63,616 nucleotides of DNA, filler included, from Octopus bimaculoides (GCF_001194135.2; 4 parts of 4 records of this genome joined end to end with filler, not necessarily neighbours in it); one strand, 5' to 3'. Counted from the first letter of the whole stretch, positions 37,801-51,892 are shown. Notes: generated from the sequence alone by a model not told the origin. Numbers and translations are program-made.

Positions 37801-38410
37801 CTTCGCTAGTTCTGCTGCTCACATCACACTCTATGCTTCCATTATACCTTATCATACTGCCCACAACCTGCTGTCCAGTGAAGATGGAAGGGTGAGTTGT
37901 GACATTAATCTGTATCACCTTAGTCTTTTCACACGAATTCTGAGTCAGATTTTTCTTGCTTTGTTTCTTTTATCTTGGTAGTGAGTTCATATAGCCCAGC
38001 TCTCGTTTCAGTGACTAGTATAATGTCGTTTCAGTGGCTAGTATAATGTCATCGACAAAACCCGAGTCACAAAGCCAATCCATTTCCTTCCTCCGCAGTC
38101 TAGTGTTCTCCCATTGATTACCTCATCATCACAGAGTCAGCAGCTGGCAAGAAGAGAAAGAATGAGATCATGCATTCATATACACGTACACAAATTTTAA
38201 ATATGGAAGCAAATACATGTATATATACCCTCATGTATACATACATTTATACTCTATATGTTAAAACTTTTAATCATTATTATTAAATAAGTATATATCA
38301 TATACTATACACATATATTTTGATTATATACATATCTACCTCAACCACATGGGGTTTACACAACGTAAACCATTCAGATGATCAGAGTAAAGTTTAGTAA
38401 ACAGACAGAC

Positions 38411-38488
<78 letters not shown>

Positions 38489-39529
38489 ATAGATAGAATG
38501 CCTTTTTAATATTAAATCTAACAATGGAAGCCAATGATGGCAGTTCAGCGAAGAACAATTAGTACGCTTATGAAATTCCTTTCTGCATATTGAAAAGCAA
38601 TGGTTTCAACATCATATATATANNNNNNNNNNNNNNNNNNNNNNNNNNNNNNNNNNNNNNNNNNNNNNNNNNNNNNNNNNNNNNNNNNNNNNNNNNNNNN
38701 NNNNNNNNNNNNNNNNNNNNNNNNNNNNNNNNNNNNNNNNNNNNNNNNNNNNNNNNNNNNNNNNNNNNNNNNNNNNNNNNNNNNNNNNNNNNNNNNNNNN
38801 NNNNNNNNNNNNNNNNNNNNNNNNNNNNNNNNNNNNNNNNNNNNNNNNNNNNNNNNNNNNNNNNNNNNNNNNNNNNNNNNNNNNNNNNNNNNNNNNNNNN
38901 NNNNNNNNNNNNNNNNNNNNNNNNNNNNNNNNNNNNNNNNNNNNNNNNNNNNNNNNNNNNNNNNNNNNNNNNNNNNNNNNNNNNNNNNNNNNNNNNNNNN
39001 NNNNNNNNNNNNNNNNNNNNNNNNNNNNNNNNNNNNNNNNNNNNNNNNNNNNNTGTGTGTGTGTGTGTGTGTGTGTGTGCGTGCGTGCGTATATTTGAAT
39101 GTGATGTGCATATATGTGCTTACGGTGTTAGTATGTATGTGAAAGACAGAGTGATGTGTGTGTATATGGGCGTATGATTGTGATGTATATATGTGTGTAT
39201 ATGTGCGTGATAGTGAGAATGATGTGTGTGTATGTGTGTGTGTTTGATCGTGATGTATGTGTTGTTGCCATGTTGGTGTGTGTGCTAGAGAGAAGGAGGA
39301 GTCTGATGTGTGTGTGTGTGTTTGTGTGTGTATCTATTTGGGGGAAATGAGTTAAAAATAACGTTTCATATTGTATAGAAATATAGACATACAATATACA
39401 TATATACACCTGGATATGTATATATATATGTGAGTGTGTGTAAGTATGTATCTATGCATGTATGTGTGTGTGTGTGTGTGCGTGCGCGCGCGCGTTTGTG
39501 TGTTTACGTATGTATGTATGTATGTATAT

Positions 39530-39597
<68 letters not shown>

Positions 39598-40321
39598 GTA
39601 GGCGCAGGCGTATCTGTGTGGTAAGAGGTTTGCTTCCCAACCACAAAGTTCTGGGTTTAATCTCACTGCATGAAACCTTGGGCAAGTGTCTTGTACTGTA
39701 GCCTCGGGCCGACCAAACCTATGTGAGTGAATTTGATAGTTGGAAACTGAGGGATGCTTGTTGTGTGTGCATATGTATGTGTGTGTNNNNNNNNNNNNNN
39801 NNNNNNNNNNNNNNNNNNNNNNNNNNNNNNNNNNNNNNNNNNNNNNNNNNNNNNNNNNNNNNNNNNNNNNNNNNNNNNNNNNNNNNNNNNNNNNNNNNNN
39901 NNNNNNNNNNNNNNNNNNNNNNNNNNNNNNNNNNNNNNNNNNNNNNNNNNNNNNNNNNNNNNNNNNNNNNNNNNNNNNNNNNNNNNNNNNNNNNNNNNNN
40001 NNNNNNNNNNNNNNNNNNNNNNNNNNNNNNNNNNNNNNNNNNNNNNNNNNNNNNNNNNNNNNNNATATATATATATATATATATAATATGTGAATTAAAA
40101 CTGAGCTATTATGAATTTCATGCTTACAATAGTACGATAGTCGGGCGGGCTTCTATGGCTTCTATGTCGGAAGACAATTTTATTTCCGTTTAAAAAGAAA
40201 ATCATCAAAATCTCCAAATAACACCACAACATAACCATTTCATTTGGCTACGTCAGGTCATGTGTAAACTATGCATATACAGAGTATTCTGGTTAAATTT
40301 GAAGATTTTTTAACAATTGAA

Positions 40322-40948
40322 GAACAGGGACTTAGTCTCAATCCAGATGGTTATGTAAAGCCGTTGGAGACTGATCGAACCTTGGCTAGAGAGGGTTGCT
40401 GCTGAAAGGCCATACGTGTGGCAGCGGGCTTCAGCTTCTTGCCATACCTCCGGAAAGAATAAGAAGTTGTTGTCGGAGAATTTCTACGATTTTACCGGTT
40501 CCAATTTCTGGCCACCTAACTCCTCCCTATTGTAATCCCATGGATTACTGCACGTTGGGCGCGGATTAGAAGGATACCAACCATTCTCCTGCAACACCAA
40601 GGCCGAGCTTGTGGCCAAGATCAAAGGGGCGTTTAAAGATCTTCCCGGGAACACGGTGTGAAACACTTGTGCTAGGTTCTGGATCCGTCTTAAAGTCCTG
40701 ATGAAAGCTGAGGGCGACTTCTTTGACTAAACTGTTATCTCCCAACCATATTCTAGTTAATATTTGGGGGATATTTTTAGAAATACTTTTAGTTTTGGAT
40801 GGGATAATGTGTTTTATTGTATTGGTGCGTTTGTTTAATTGGTAAAATATGACCATTCCCAAGTATAACAGTATCCGTTTCAACACACGATTTCATATAG
40901 TTTTCTTTTCGTTTTATGCAAACTGTCAAATTTAGTCCAAACATCCTG
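40322..40948 (+). mobile_element. Tc1/mariner superfamily (maT/DD37D-like) transposon 3' fragment
   Basis: PWLERVAAERPYVWQRASASCHTS..LSENFYD..NFWPPNS / NPMDY..TKAELVAKIK..AEGDFFD*. It ends in ...TTTAGTCCAAACATCCTG+TA, consistent with a CAGGATG TIR. Confidence 0.8.
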
Positions 40949-41522
40949 TATTACGTAAGAGAGTTTCAGGCTAAGGACGAAAATTCACGACAAAAATACA
41001 TTAACTGTCATAGGAAATTACATTTTGAACATTGTTCGTTAAAGGAGAGGCAACTTTAATGGAAATAACTCCAGCTTCCTTTTGACGAAATTTCCCGTGT
41101 TTACGGTTTACATATTGAACTTAAATTTTGAATTTCAAATTTCGCAATATTAAACCAATGACCCGGAGGGGTAGTACATATCAAGTCTTGAGTGGAGTGG
41201 GAGCAGTGGGGACTATGGTGTATCTTCATAGTCCCCAAAACTTCTGAATTCCTGAGCTGAAACATCACTGTCCAATGTTGTTTAATGTCTTGCTCTGGAC
41301 AAATTGAATTAAAAACCGCTTGAAAACACAGATGAAATTCGATTTAAGGATTGCGAAATTTGAAGCTAAACATTTAAGTTAGAGATCAAATAGTAGAAGA
41401 TGGTTCTGTAGCTCAGGAATGCACGACTCCGATGAGGACTAACTCCTAAGTATGTATCACGCAGATCCACTGATACGATTACATGGCCTGATGTCACGTG
41501 AACCAGTTCTCTAGTCTAAATA

Positions 41523-41748
41523 CTGATTTCTTTATTGCCCATTGGGGGCTAAACATAGAGGGGACAAACAAAAGGATTAAGTCGATTACATCAACTCCAG
41601 TGCATAACTGGTACTTATTTAATCGACCCCGAAAAGATAAAAGGCAAAGTCGACCTCGGCGGAATTTGAACCCAGAACGTAACGGCATTCGAAATATTGC
41701 TAAGCATTTCGCCCGGCGTGCTAACGATTCTGCCACCTCGCCACCCTC
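41523..41748 (-). mobile_element. SINE family A, young copy with perfect 17-bp target-site duplication
   Basis: GTTCTCTAGTCTAAATA occurs at 41506-41522 and 41749-41765, and CpGs are retained. Confidence 0.9.
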
Positions 41749-42912
41749 GTTCTCTAGTCTAAATATCAAAAAGACCCTGTGCCTCAAGAGTGAGCTCGGC
41801 AAAACAGAAGACTGATAGAGTAAACTGGAAGTAATTCGATAGAAAGCAACAGGAGACCATAACTGTATTTTCCCCCAGAAAAAAACCATGAAACGTTTAA
41901 CTTCAGAGTGGAGTAATTCAAATATGGTGGACTTATGTTTGAAAGTCATATGTTTGAATTTGTTTACCTATGAATAACAAAAAAATGTTTCTCCTATCAT
42001 TTTCAAAGTAATATTTTGAGTTTCTCAGTAGAACATAAATTACGATCGCATGGTTTTACTTTTGCAGAGGTACTCTATTTCATTGTGAAGTAATTTTCAT
42101 CTCTATCAATTAGGCAGCAAAAAAAAAAACACATTCGGTTGGGAAATATGTTTACACATTTGGTGCCTTAAAGAAAAGAAAGANNNNNNNNNNNNNNNNN
42201 NNNNNNNNNNNNNNNNNNNNNNNNNNNNNNNNNNNNNNNNNNNNNNNNNNNNNNNNNNNNNNNNNNNNNNNNNNNNNNNNNNNNNNNNNNNNNNNNNNNN
42301 NNNNNNNNNNNNNNNNNNNNAGTGACAGAGAAAGAAGCAAGAATGCCATAAACAGAAGGATCTTTGAAGTAAAGCTTGCTGTAGAGTAAGAATAGGGTGT
42401 TGGCGAGGTATGAGTAATGAACAAGGAGGAGGAGGAGGAGGAGGAGGAATAATTAAGGTGTACACGTGCGAGAGAGAGAGAGAGAGAGAGTTTTGATGTG
42501 GAATGTTGGGAAACAAGATAAACGACAAGAAGAAGAAGAAGAAGATGATGATGAGTTCTAAGTGAGGGTGTGTAAGGTGAGCAATTGTTAAAGAGGACAG
42601 GTGGTAGGGGAAGCGCTGCGACGTAACTTATTATGAAATGCGACACCATGATTCATTGGAATTAAAATCGATGTTATTTTATAAAGGTGACCTTGAATAA
42701 TGTTGGCAGAGAAGGTAGTAGGAAGTTAATGAACATGATAGCGACAATTATTTTTATTACTATTGTTGTTGTTAAACTGCGGGATCGATTTAATCGATCA
42801 ACCCCCTCATCTAAAATTTTGACCTTTAACGTACCAGACAAGTACTTATGATCGATGATATCGAATTACATCTTCCTTTCACAATTGCTGGCTTTGTGTC
42901 TAAATTAGAAAC

Positions 42913-42948
<36 letters not shown>

Positions 42949-43139
42949 CATCCTCATCATCATCATCGTCCGTCTTTATGTTCTGAGTTCAAATTTCGCC
43001 GAGGTCGACTTTACTTTTTATCCTTTCGAAGAAATACGCACCAGTGAAACACTGGGGTTGATGTAATCGACTTATCTCCTCCCCCAGAATTTCAGGCCTT
43101 GTGCCTTTAGTAGAAAGGATTATTATCATTATTATTTGG

Positions 43140-44430
43140 TATGACTCAGGCTCGGTCTTATTCCTGGTAGGACTTAAGTGAGTAGCGGGTTACTACCTAT
43201 AACCTTAGGTATCCACAAGTTTTCAGTAGTCTTTCAAGTTCTTAGAACCCACCTGATAATCCTTGCTGTCTCTAAGAGACAATCTTTCTGTAGGAGCTCT
43301 ACAGGGCATTTTATTCCAGTCTCCTTCAGCCATTTGTCTATATCTTTGCTTACTGCTCCCAACGCACCAATTATTAGAGGCACGACCTTAAAGTTCCAAA
43401 TACTCCAAATTCTTCCTATTTCAAATTTTAAGGGATTATACTTTTTTTCCTCTTTCTTTACGATCCTGGATCAAACGGGCATGATGGGTTGATTAGTAAG
43501 CAGCTTCGTTTTTCCTTATCTATAATTATGTTCATTCGTCTTATTTCTTTCAATGATACCCAGGTACTTATATCTTTCTTCTCCGATTTCCTTTATAGTT
43601 TCACCATTTTCCAGCTTGATCCCATGGCTTTTATTGATTTTCTCCCTTTTGAAAATCATTACACCACATTTCTCGATCCCAAATTCCATACCAGTATCTT
43701 TGCTAATCATCTGCACAGTTGCCGTCAAACTCTCAATTTCTGTCTCAGGCTTAGCAAATAGCTTTAGGTCATCCATAAACCACAGGTTGTTTACTTTCAC
43801 CCTGCCTAGCATGTACCCCACACGCATCTTTCTTAAAACGCTGGCTAGTGGCAGATACAGACAACAAATGATATCTCCAGCTTATCTCCTCGTATTGTGA
43901 GTTCAGTTCGCCACGTTGCCATTGAGTTTTGAATTAACTTCAAGATATTATGGGAGACCTTAAGCACTTTAAGGCATTCAATAATTCATGAGCGTGGGGC
44001 CATGTCATATGCTTTCCTGTAGTTCACCCATACCATCGCCAAATTTTGTGTCTCTTCTTACAGTCAGCCAGGATAGTCTTATCGATTAGTAATTGATCCT
44101 TCGTTCCTCTGCTCTTACGTCTACACCCTTTTGTTCCACTGGTAGTAGGTCGTTCTCATCTAGGTACCTATAGATGCTGTTCGATATGATGGCCGTCATC
44201 AGTTTCAAACAAAACATTGGTCGGAAATTTCCAGCCGCATTCTCTTTACTTGGGTTCTTATGGCATACCTTTCTTCCTTTTGACATCCAGGCCGGTACTT
44301 GGATGTCACTACTCAGTATTTCGTCCAGCTGTCTCGCATTTTTCCTCTGCAAAGCTGTCAAGTTTTCAAGCCAACAGCCCTGAACCCCATCTGGGCCAGG
44401 CCCTTTCCAGTTAGGAATTCTCCTGCATAT
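43140..44430 (-). mobile_element. R4/Dong-like non-LTR retrotransposon, truncated and internally deleted
   Basis: KGPGPDG, NFRPMFCL and EQKG motifs; VNNLWFMDDLKLFAK, GMEFGIEKC and YKYLG; then RIVKKEEKKY..VVPLIIGALG..LQKDCLLETARIIR. There are several frameshifts. Confidence 0.9.
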
Positions 44431-45126
44431 ATACATAGATACATATTTATATTATATGCATATATATATATGCATATACATATCTATATCTTATATATAT
44501 ATGTATACATATATATAATATACACAAACACACATACATATGTGCATGTGTGTGTGTGTGTGTGCGCGCGCGCGCGCTTTGTTTCGTTGCAGTCAAGAGC
44601 CTGAAGGACCGGCGAACAAACAAAACACATACATTGAGTATGCGCGGTCGATAATATTTACGACACTCGCGCTGCTTTTAATTCGTTACTGAAAATATAT
44701 ATATATGCGTGTGGGGGGAGTGTATTCTAACTGTGTACCTTCCTATACAGTTAAAATACCATAACCCCGCTTTCTATATCTTACTAGCTCTACTTACTTC
44801 CGCATCGTAATCGTATTAGAAATATAATCGGCTTCCAATGTCTTACTACCTCTGCTAACTTTCATCATTTAATTAAACCTTTTTCTAATAATAAAATATT
44901 TACAACCTTGCTATAAACCAATTTGGTTTCGTAATTAATTAACATGCTCTGTAAAATAATTTTCCTTGGATGCTCATTACCACAATTACTCCACCTGGTA
45001 TTCACCAACATACACCAAATATATATACACCAATTTATGCTATAGAATAACGTATAAACAGTTTCACTAATCATTGAGTTGGCCTGGTTCTGATTGCACT
45101 AAAGTTGAAGGATCTTGTTGTTGTTG

Positions 45127-45158
<32 letters not shown>

Positions 45159-45806
45159 GGTGGTGGTGGTGGTGGTGGTGTCGTTGTTGATAATGATGAT
45201 GATGATGATGATGATGATGATGTTATTGTTCAGCATCAGATCATTCTTGATTCAGTAAACTTATGCTCACATAGTGTGTATTTAAACTACAATGTCTTAT
45301 TATGTGTCCTACTTTTAATGACATTAAGTTGTCACTTGAAGGAATTTGACTGCTATTTCTAGCCGATTGAATGATTCCATAGACTTCTTTTTTTATTCTC
45401 GTTTGCTTGAGGCTCAATGAAATCTCACAAGATAGAAAACGGATTATTATACTCAAATACTCTCTCGACAAAGTTATATAATCTAAATATTGTCTTAAAT
45501 CACAGTGAAATATATGTAACGGATGGATCGTACCTATAAGTGTTATTTGGGTTATCAGAATGTTATCATTCTCATTTATTATCTTTTACTCGATTCGGTC
45601 ATTAGACAGCGGTCACGCTGGAGCACCGCCTAGAAGAATTTTAGTCAAACAAATCAACCTCAGTACTTATTTTTTTTTTTAGCCTGATACTTATTCTATC
45701 GATTTTTTTTCCGAATTGCTAAGTCAGAGGACGTAAACAAACCAACGCCGGTGTGTGTGGGGGGGGGTGACTGTCTGTCTGTCTGTGCCTGTGTGTAGGA
45801 GTAAAA

Positions 45807-46265
45807 TTTATCACCACATCAATATGGCTATTCCTTAGGAATCGACGTTACTACCGTTTTTAACCCCAAGAGCCTCTTTCAGCTGGTTATCGATGCAATC
45901 TGTACCCGATATATATTGCAAGGAGGCGAGTGAACCCCTACCATCTTCTAGCAGACGACGGGATCAACAGAACGTACGGTTTTGGACTATTTGTATCCAT
46001 TTTCAGTGGTGAACACCCGTCCGCTAGAGATAGCAGCGATTCGCTCCAGCTCGCAATATATAGAAAACTAAACGACAATCAGTCACTGGTCTTGCAACAA
46101 GCAAAGTAGCTAGTAAGAAAATCTCTATCAGTGATTCGCTCCCCTGCCTGCAATACGTATCGGGTGCAGATTGCATCGATAACCAGCTGGAAGAGGCTCC
46201 TCCTGGAGTAAAAAACAGTAGTAAAGTCGATTCCTGAGGAACAGCCATATTGATGTGGCGATAAA
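45807..46265. repeat. Long inverted repeat (~130-bp arms, ~200-bp spacer), probable foldback/MITE
   Basis: 45807-45935 (TTTATCACCACATCAATATGGCTATTCC...CAGCTGGTTATCGATGCAATCTG) pairs with 46133-46265. Confidence 0.85.
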
Positions 46266-47506
46266 CCATTGCTTCTCAGTATAATTGCTATTTTCATCTC
46301 TTACAGAGACTTTAATCTCTTATGGGGATTTCGATTATTTCCAGTGTTTCAACTTTTGCCTACTTCCCTTCGCATTCACGGGAAACCTTACTCAGTAGCC
46401 AAGCAAAGAAATCGGGAATAGTTGAACGTGAATAATATGGTAATATTGGTTTCAGATTTTGGCACAAGGCCAGCAATTTTCAGTGTTCAACTTGTACATA
46501 TTTTATCAACCCCGAAAGGATGAAAGACAAAGACAACCTCAGCGGAACTTGACTTACACCCCACTCCGAACTTGCTGGCCTTGTGCTAAAATTTGAAACC
46601 AATATTAATCACATGCCGTTGTTTCTTCCATAGAAACAGAGTCATTGTGAAGTGAAAGATAATCCAAAGCAGCAGTATTAATACAACACTGAAAAATCAG
46701 TCGAGTCTGTGTTCACCAATGCTTTCAAAACCGAAATGAGTTAAAATACCATTAAAATTGACATTAAGCCGTCCTTCGAGACTGGCATAATGGATAAGAG
46801 CATTAAATTCTGAATCTATATTTAGTTGTGTGAGAACTCTGTAAATATTCTTCAAGTCTTCTTTTGAATAAGTGTCACTTCAGGCAAAGAATTCTCAATA
46901 TTTTCACTTGCGTCATCTATAAGTCGTCGTATTTCAGTCTGAATCTATATCACCTCGCAATCCACTGATACATTGGTATCAGTATCGGCTAATCGTCAGC
47001 AAATTCGGCTTCAAATTTCTTTGAATTTTCTAAAGTCTTGCTTGGTAGTAGAATAAAATAAAATGGCCGGAGAAACTACAGGTAACTGGAAGATTGGTTG
47101 GATAGAAAAGAATCAGGTTTAGCAAAGGGGGTGATCTGATGCATGACTGATAGGGGTCAAGGGAAGAAAAATTGATGGGTGAATTAGACAGAAGTAGCAT
47201 AGTATGAGTAGATTCAGTGGCCGAAATGCCTTAATAGTTACAATACAGATCAAGAGACAGAGAAACTAACATTTAACAATGAACAATATAACATTGATAG
47301 CCAAGTGATGACTAGATAATCACCCCAAAATCGGTGGTTCATATACTGTGATTGACACTGTATCGTATCTATGGATAAGATATTATTCTCTCAAAAAATA
47401 CAGTTCACTTAGATGTAAAGAGATATCCTAGAGATACCAGTAAATTTTATCTATGCAATTCAGATTATCCAAGCAATTAGTGAGCAAAAGCTCTTCCAAA
47501 TGGTGT

Positions 47507-47732
47507 TTAATCCTTTAGCATTCAGATCATTCTGTCAACTGAAGTGCTTACTGATTCACATTGTTTGGAATTAATCATGCATTATCTCGGAGCTTTGAGA
47601 TCTTGATGATGTGACTTTATTTTTAGAATGACATTGTAGGGTAAGTGTGAGAGGCTGGATCTGGCCGGTTTGAATATAAAATAGGTAGAATATTTGGGCC
47701 GAATATGGACTGTTTAAATTCTAAAGAGTTAA
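47507..47732. mobile_element. TTAA-flanked MITE (piggyBac-like termini)
   Basis: TTAA-TCCTTTAGCATT ... AATTCTAAAGAG-TTAA; related to 18749-19300. Confidence 0.5.
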
Positions 47733-48974
47733 AATATAAAAGCAGTAAAGAAAAGTACTAAATCCAACTAACTTAATTGACACTTCAGAATTTCAGTACT
47801 GGAGTGCGCCTAGTGAGAATAACAGATATATTTCGGTCTTATTAAACACCACACCACTACCACCCAACAAAATATATTCTACAAAGGAGGTTTTATTTAC
47901 TAATTGCATGGATAATCTCAGTTAATCGAAATTTTTCAACTCACTATATATATTACATATGGGAGTCTCTAAAAATGGCTAATACTTCCTTTAAACTTTG
48001 CTTTTGTTGCATTTATTCAAACCCCAAAGAATCCCTCTCGACACATGGCTATGATTCCCCCACTACTCCTACTCATGATCAGAGATGTACATACTGTCAG
48101 CCACTAAGTGACATGCTCAAGTGATTAAAGGTAAAAAAAAACTGACAAACAAATACGTGGTATTGAGCAGAATATTTGCTATAACGATATCTCTGCTTCA
48201 GCAACGCAGCGCTGAATCTGTCTGAGATGATATGGAAAGTAGGCCAGTTTCAAAACATTGATGTCCAGGTCTCAAAAGCAAAGTTTGAAAGAAATAGTAG
48301 TGATTTCTTTTGATTTTTAGATAGAAACAAATAGGAAATAACACTTACTGAGCAAAGACAAAAAAAAAAAATTTTGTTACACAGTATAATCAGCACCATT
48401 ATATCCCCTTCGGCTTTTAAAGGTGTTGGCAAACACCTCTAATCCTTACCAAATGATTAGGAGTGACTTTGCTGAGGAGATCTAATACGACCAAAACGTG
48501 TCCGTTGCTTTCATCAGTTGGCTTAAAGAGTAAATCGCCCTTCCTGTATTTTATTGGTTATCTCATTTGTTTGCTGCTTTTAGAGTTTAAGCACACTGGA
48601 GGGCGTTTTTGTTTACTTACTGTATGAATCATCTGAGTTAATTGAAGCTTTTAAAATCACTACATTACGTAAGTGAAATCATGCTGCATTTTATTTAATG
48701 TGAAGAACACTTCTCGTTGGTATTTTCCCTTAGTCAAATTATATTGTGTACGTGTGTATGTGTGTGTCTGACTGTATGTTCTTTTCTGTTTTTAATTATT
48801 TAAATTCTTCTATTGAAGGAGCTGGTTTCTAACAAAAATACAAAGCTCTATTGCTGGAATGTAGATAACAAAACAATATCACATATAAACCTGAGAGAAG
48901 TCTTGCATAGTTTTACTGTTTCATTTACATATTGTATTTGTAAGCTTATCTAGATTGACAATTAGGTATTATGT

Positions 48975-49011
<37 letters not shown>

Positions 49012-50091
49012 CAGACAGAGTCATTGAGATATTTTCCCTTCATCGATATTGTTGAAGTTGACATGTTTCTTTTTCAATCATTATTTAAAATAGCCGGAGG
49101 AGTAGAGTAACGCTCATGACCTTTTAAAGCCCTGTTAAACAGGTGAAGATAATGTAATTGATATTCAGTTTATATATATATATATATATNNNNNNNNNNN
49201 NNNNNNNNNNNNNNNNNNNNNNNNNNNNNNNNNNNNNNNNNNNNNNNNNNNNNNNNNNNNNNNNNNNNNNNNNNNNNNNNNNNNNNNNNNNNNNNNNNNN
49301 NNNNNNNNNNNNNNNNNNNNNNNNNNNNNNNNNNNNNNNNNNNNNNNNNNNNNNNNNNNNNNNNNNNNNNNNNNNNNNNNNNNNNNNNNNNNNNNNNNNN
49401 NNNNNNNNNNNNNNNNNNNNNNNNNNNNNNNNNNNNNNNNNNNNNNNNNNNNNNNNNNNNNNNNNNNNNNNNNNNNNNNNNNNNNNNNNNNNNNNNNNNN
49501 NNNNNNNNNNNNNNNNNNNNNNNNNNNNNNNNNNNNNNNNNNNNNNNNNNNNNNNNNNNNNNNNNNNNNNNNNNNNNNNNNNNNNNNNNNNNNNNNNNNN
49601 NNNNNNNNNNNNNNNNNNNNNNNNNNNNNNNNNNNNNNNNNNNNNNNNNNNNNNNNNNNNNNNNNNNNNNNNNNNNNNNNNNNNNNNNNNNNNNNNNNNN
49701 NNNNNNNNNNNNNNNNNNNNNNNNNNNNNNNNNNNNNNNNNNNNNNNNNNNNNNNNNNNNNNNNNNNNNNNNNNNNNNNNNNNNNNNNNNNNNNNNNNNN
49801 NNNNNNNNNNNNNNNNNNNNNNNNNNNNNNNNNNNNNNNNNNNNNNNNNNNNNNNNNNNNNNNNNNNNNNNNNNNNNNNNNNNNNNNNNNNNNNNNNNNN
49901 NNNNNNNNNNNNNNNNNNNNNNNNNNNNNNNNNNNNNNNNNNNNNNNNNNNNNNNNNNNNNNNNNNNNNNNNNNNNNNNNNNNNNNNNNNNNNNNNNNNN
50001 NNNNNNNNNNNNNNNNNNNNNNNNNNNNNNNNNNNNNNNNNNNNNNNNNNNNNNNNNNNNNNNNNNNNNNNNNNNNNNNNTATATATGAAA

Positions 50092-51492
50092 CTAGCAGAA
50101 ATACCCGGCGTTGCCCGGGTTAAAGAGAGTAATGACCTTTAAAAACGCCGTCTATATTACGCAGGTCTCAACTGCTAGTAGCTGAGATACCAACTTCCTA
50201 TATTAATAACTCTCCAACCCATACCAGCATGGAACATAGGCGTTAAGTGAAATGTTAAAAGAAGGTTTTCATCTCATATATGTATATAAAGTAACTACAC
50301 GTAATTCAAAAACACGTTTTGTGTAGCTTATTTTGTAACCAAATAACAGGTACAGATTATAAACAATGAAAGGTCGATTTGGTGATTCATTTGACAGCGG
50401 TAGTAGAGAACCAATCCGATGATAAATCTAACCTTGGATCTTAAAAGTTTGCATGAATCCTGGCTCGGTTAAATCTCTCGTGGCTCCAAATTATGTATTT
50501 TGTTTTGGATGTGCATGGAATATTGGTCAATTGATGACAACAGTTTCTTCGATGACTCTAGAGGTTGGGGGATTGCAGGGAGTTTAACCTTTCCACTACT
50601 GCAGCACAGTGCAGGTGTCTGTCCAGGACACTTCCTTGCTATGCAATGTATGCACTCAGTTGTCATTGCACCAATGGAAACTCTAGTGTTATCTGCATAA
50701 CGAACTGCTGGATCATAATTGAAAGCTGCTTCATATAAGTTGCTTCTCTAAGCTGTTGCAACTGCTCTTCGTTCTGCAGTGGAGATCCTATTCCTTGTCA
50801 GCCGTGCATACCTTTGTTCATCACTTTGAGATGCTCTGGCTTTTGTTGTACAGAGTCTGCTCGTTTCTTGGTATGCTTCCCTTTCTGCAGCTGTCTCTCT
50901 TTCCCTGGACAGTGACATCCTTTGAGCTGACCTTGACATTGTATACACATTTGGCACTTTCCTTCTAGGCGTGGTTATATACGTATGCAGAAATACACGG
51001 GTGCAGAAGATAGTAAACAATGAAAATAACTGGGTAACGGAAATTATATTTCTTAATATGACGGGCAGAAAGTAAATAAGAAATTTTTGCAGAAAATAAA
51101 GAATTGCACGACTTGAAGCGAAATTTGTCAGTGAACCAAACAACTAGTATCGAAGGAACCAGAAAAAAGCCGTTAACAACAGAAAAACACAAAACCGTTG
51201 CAAAAGTAAATAAGAAATTTTTAGGGAAATTAACTAAGTGTACAGATTTAAATGAAATTTTTTAAGTTACTTCTGTGAGTAAATTATAAACTTACTTTCA
51301 TCAGTATTTTCGTCAACAACAAAAAAAAAACACAAAACGTCGCCAAAGTAAATAAGAAATTTGTAGGCAAATTTCACGAAGTGTATGGATTGAAGTGAAA
51401 TTTATAAAGTTACTTCTATCAGTAAATTATGTATGAACATCACTCACGCTAGAAAACCGGAAGTAAATATTTTTTAAACTTACAATGACGTG
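50092..51492 (-). mobile_element. Internally deleted Helitron
   Basis: Rep N-terminal remnant (50469-50945): charged STPR-like repeats, then AAFNYDP..IGAMTTECIHCIARKCPGQTPALCCSSGKVKLP. The canonical 3' end on the minus strand is a CCCGG-GCAACG-CCGGG hairpin, 8 nt, then CTAG followed by T. The 5' end is probably in the gap. Confidence 0.85.
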
Positions 51493-51857
51493 NNNNNNNN
51501 NNNNNNNNNNNNNNNNNNNNNNNNNNNNNNNNNNNNTTAATTAATTAANNNNNNNNNNNNNNNNNNNNNNNNNNNNNNNNNNNNNNNNNNNNCCACGGCA
51601 ACATAATATCTCCTCCACTATTTAAGTATTACATGTCAAAAGTGAAACAAAAACACTCATGCCAAATACTTTCACTTTAAAAATGAAATTATTCCACTAA
51701 CTGAAACAATCACATTCGATCATGTGACCACAATAGTACCAACTATAAGGATGCAGAATATTTTACAAATGAATAAAAAAATCAGGAGTGTGTGGTGTTA
51801 CATAAATAGTATTTCAAATTTTTAGCAAAAGCACAGTATATATATATTTGATTTACT

Positions 51858-51892
<35 letters not shown>

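Noticed and set aside
41425-41455. CCGATGAGGA-CTAAC-TCC as a hammerhead
   Set aside because: U4 is altered, there is no GAAA after the stem, and stems I and III are missing.
50091-50130. Helentron/HINE subterminal inverted repeat
   Set aside because: Relative to the Rep remnant, the motif is a 3' hairpin plus CTAG followed by T, i.e. a canonical Helitron 3' end.
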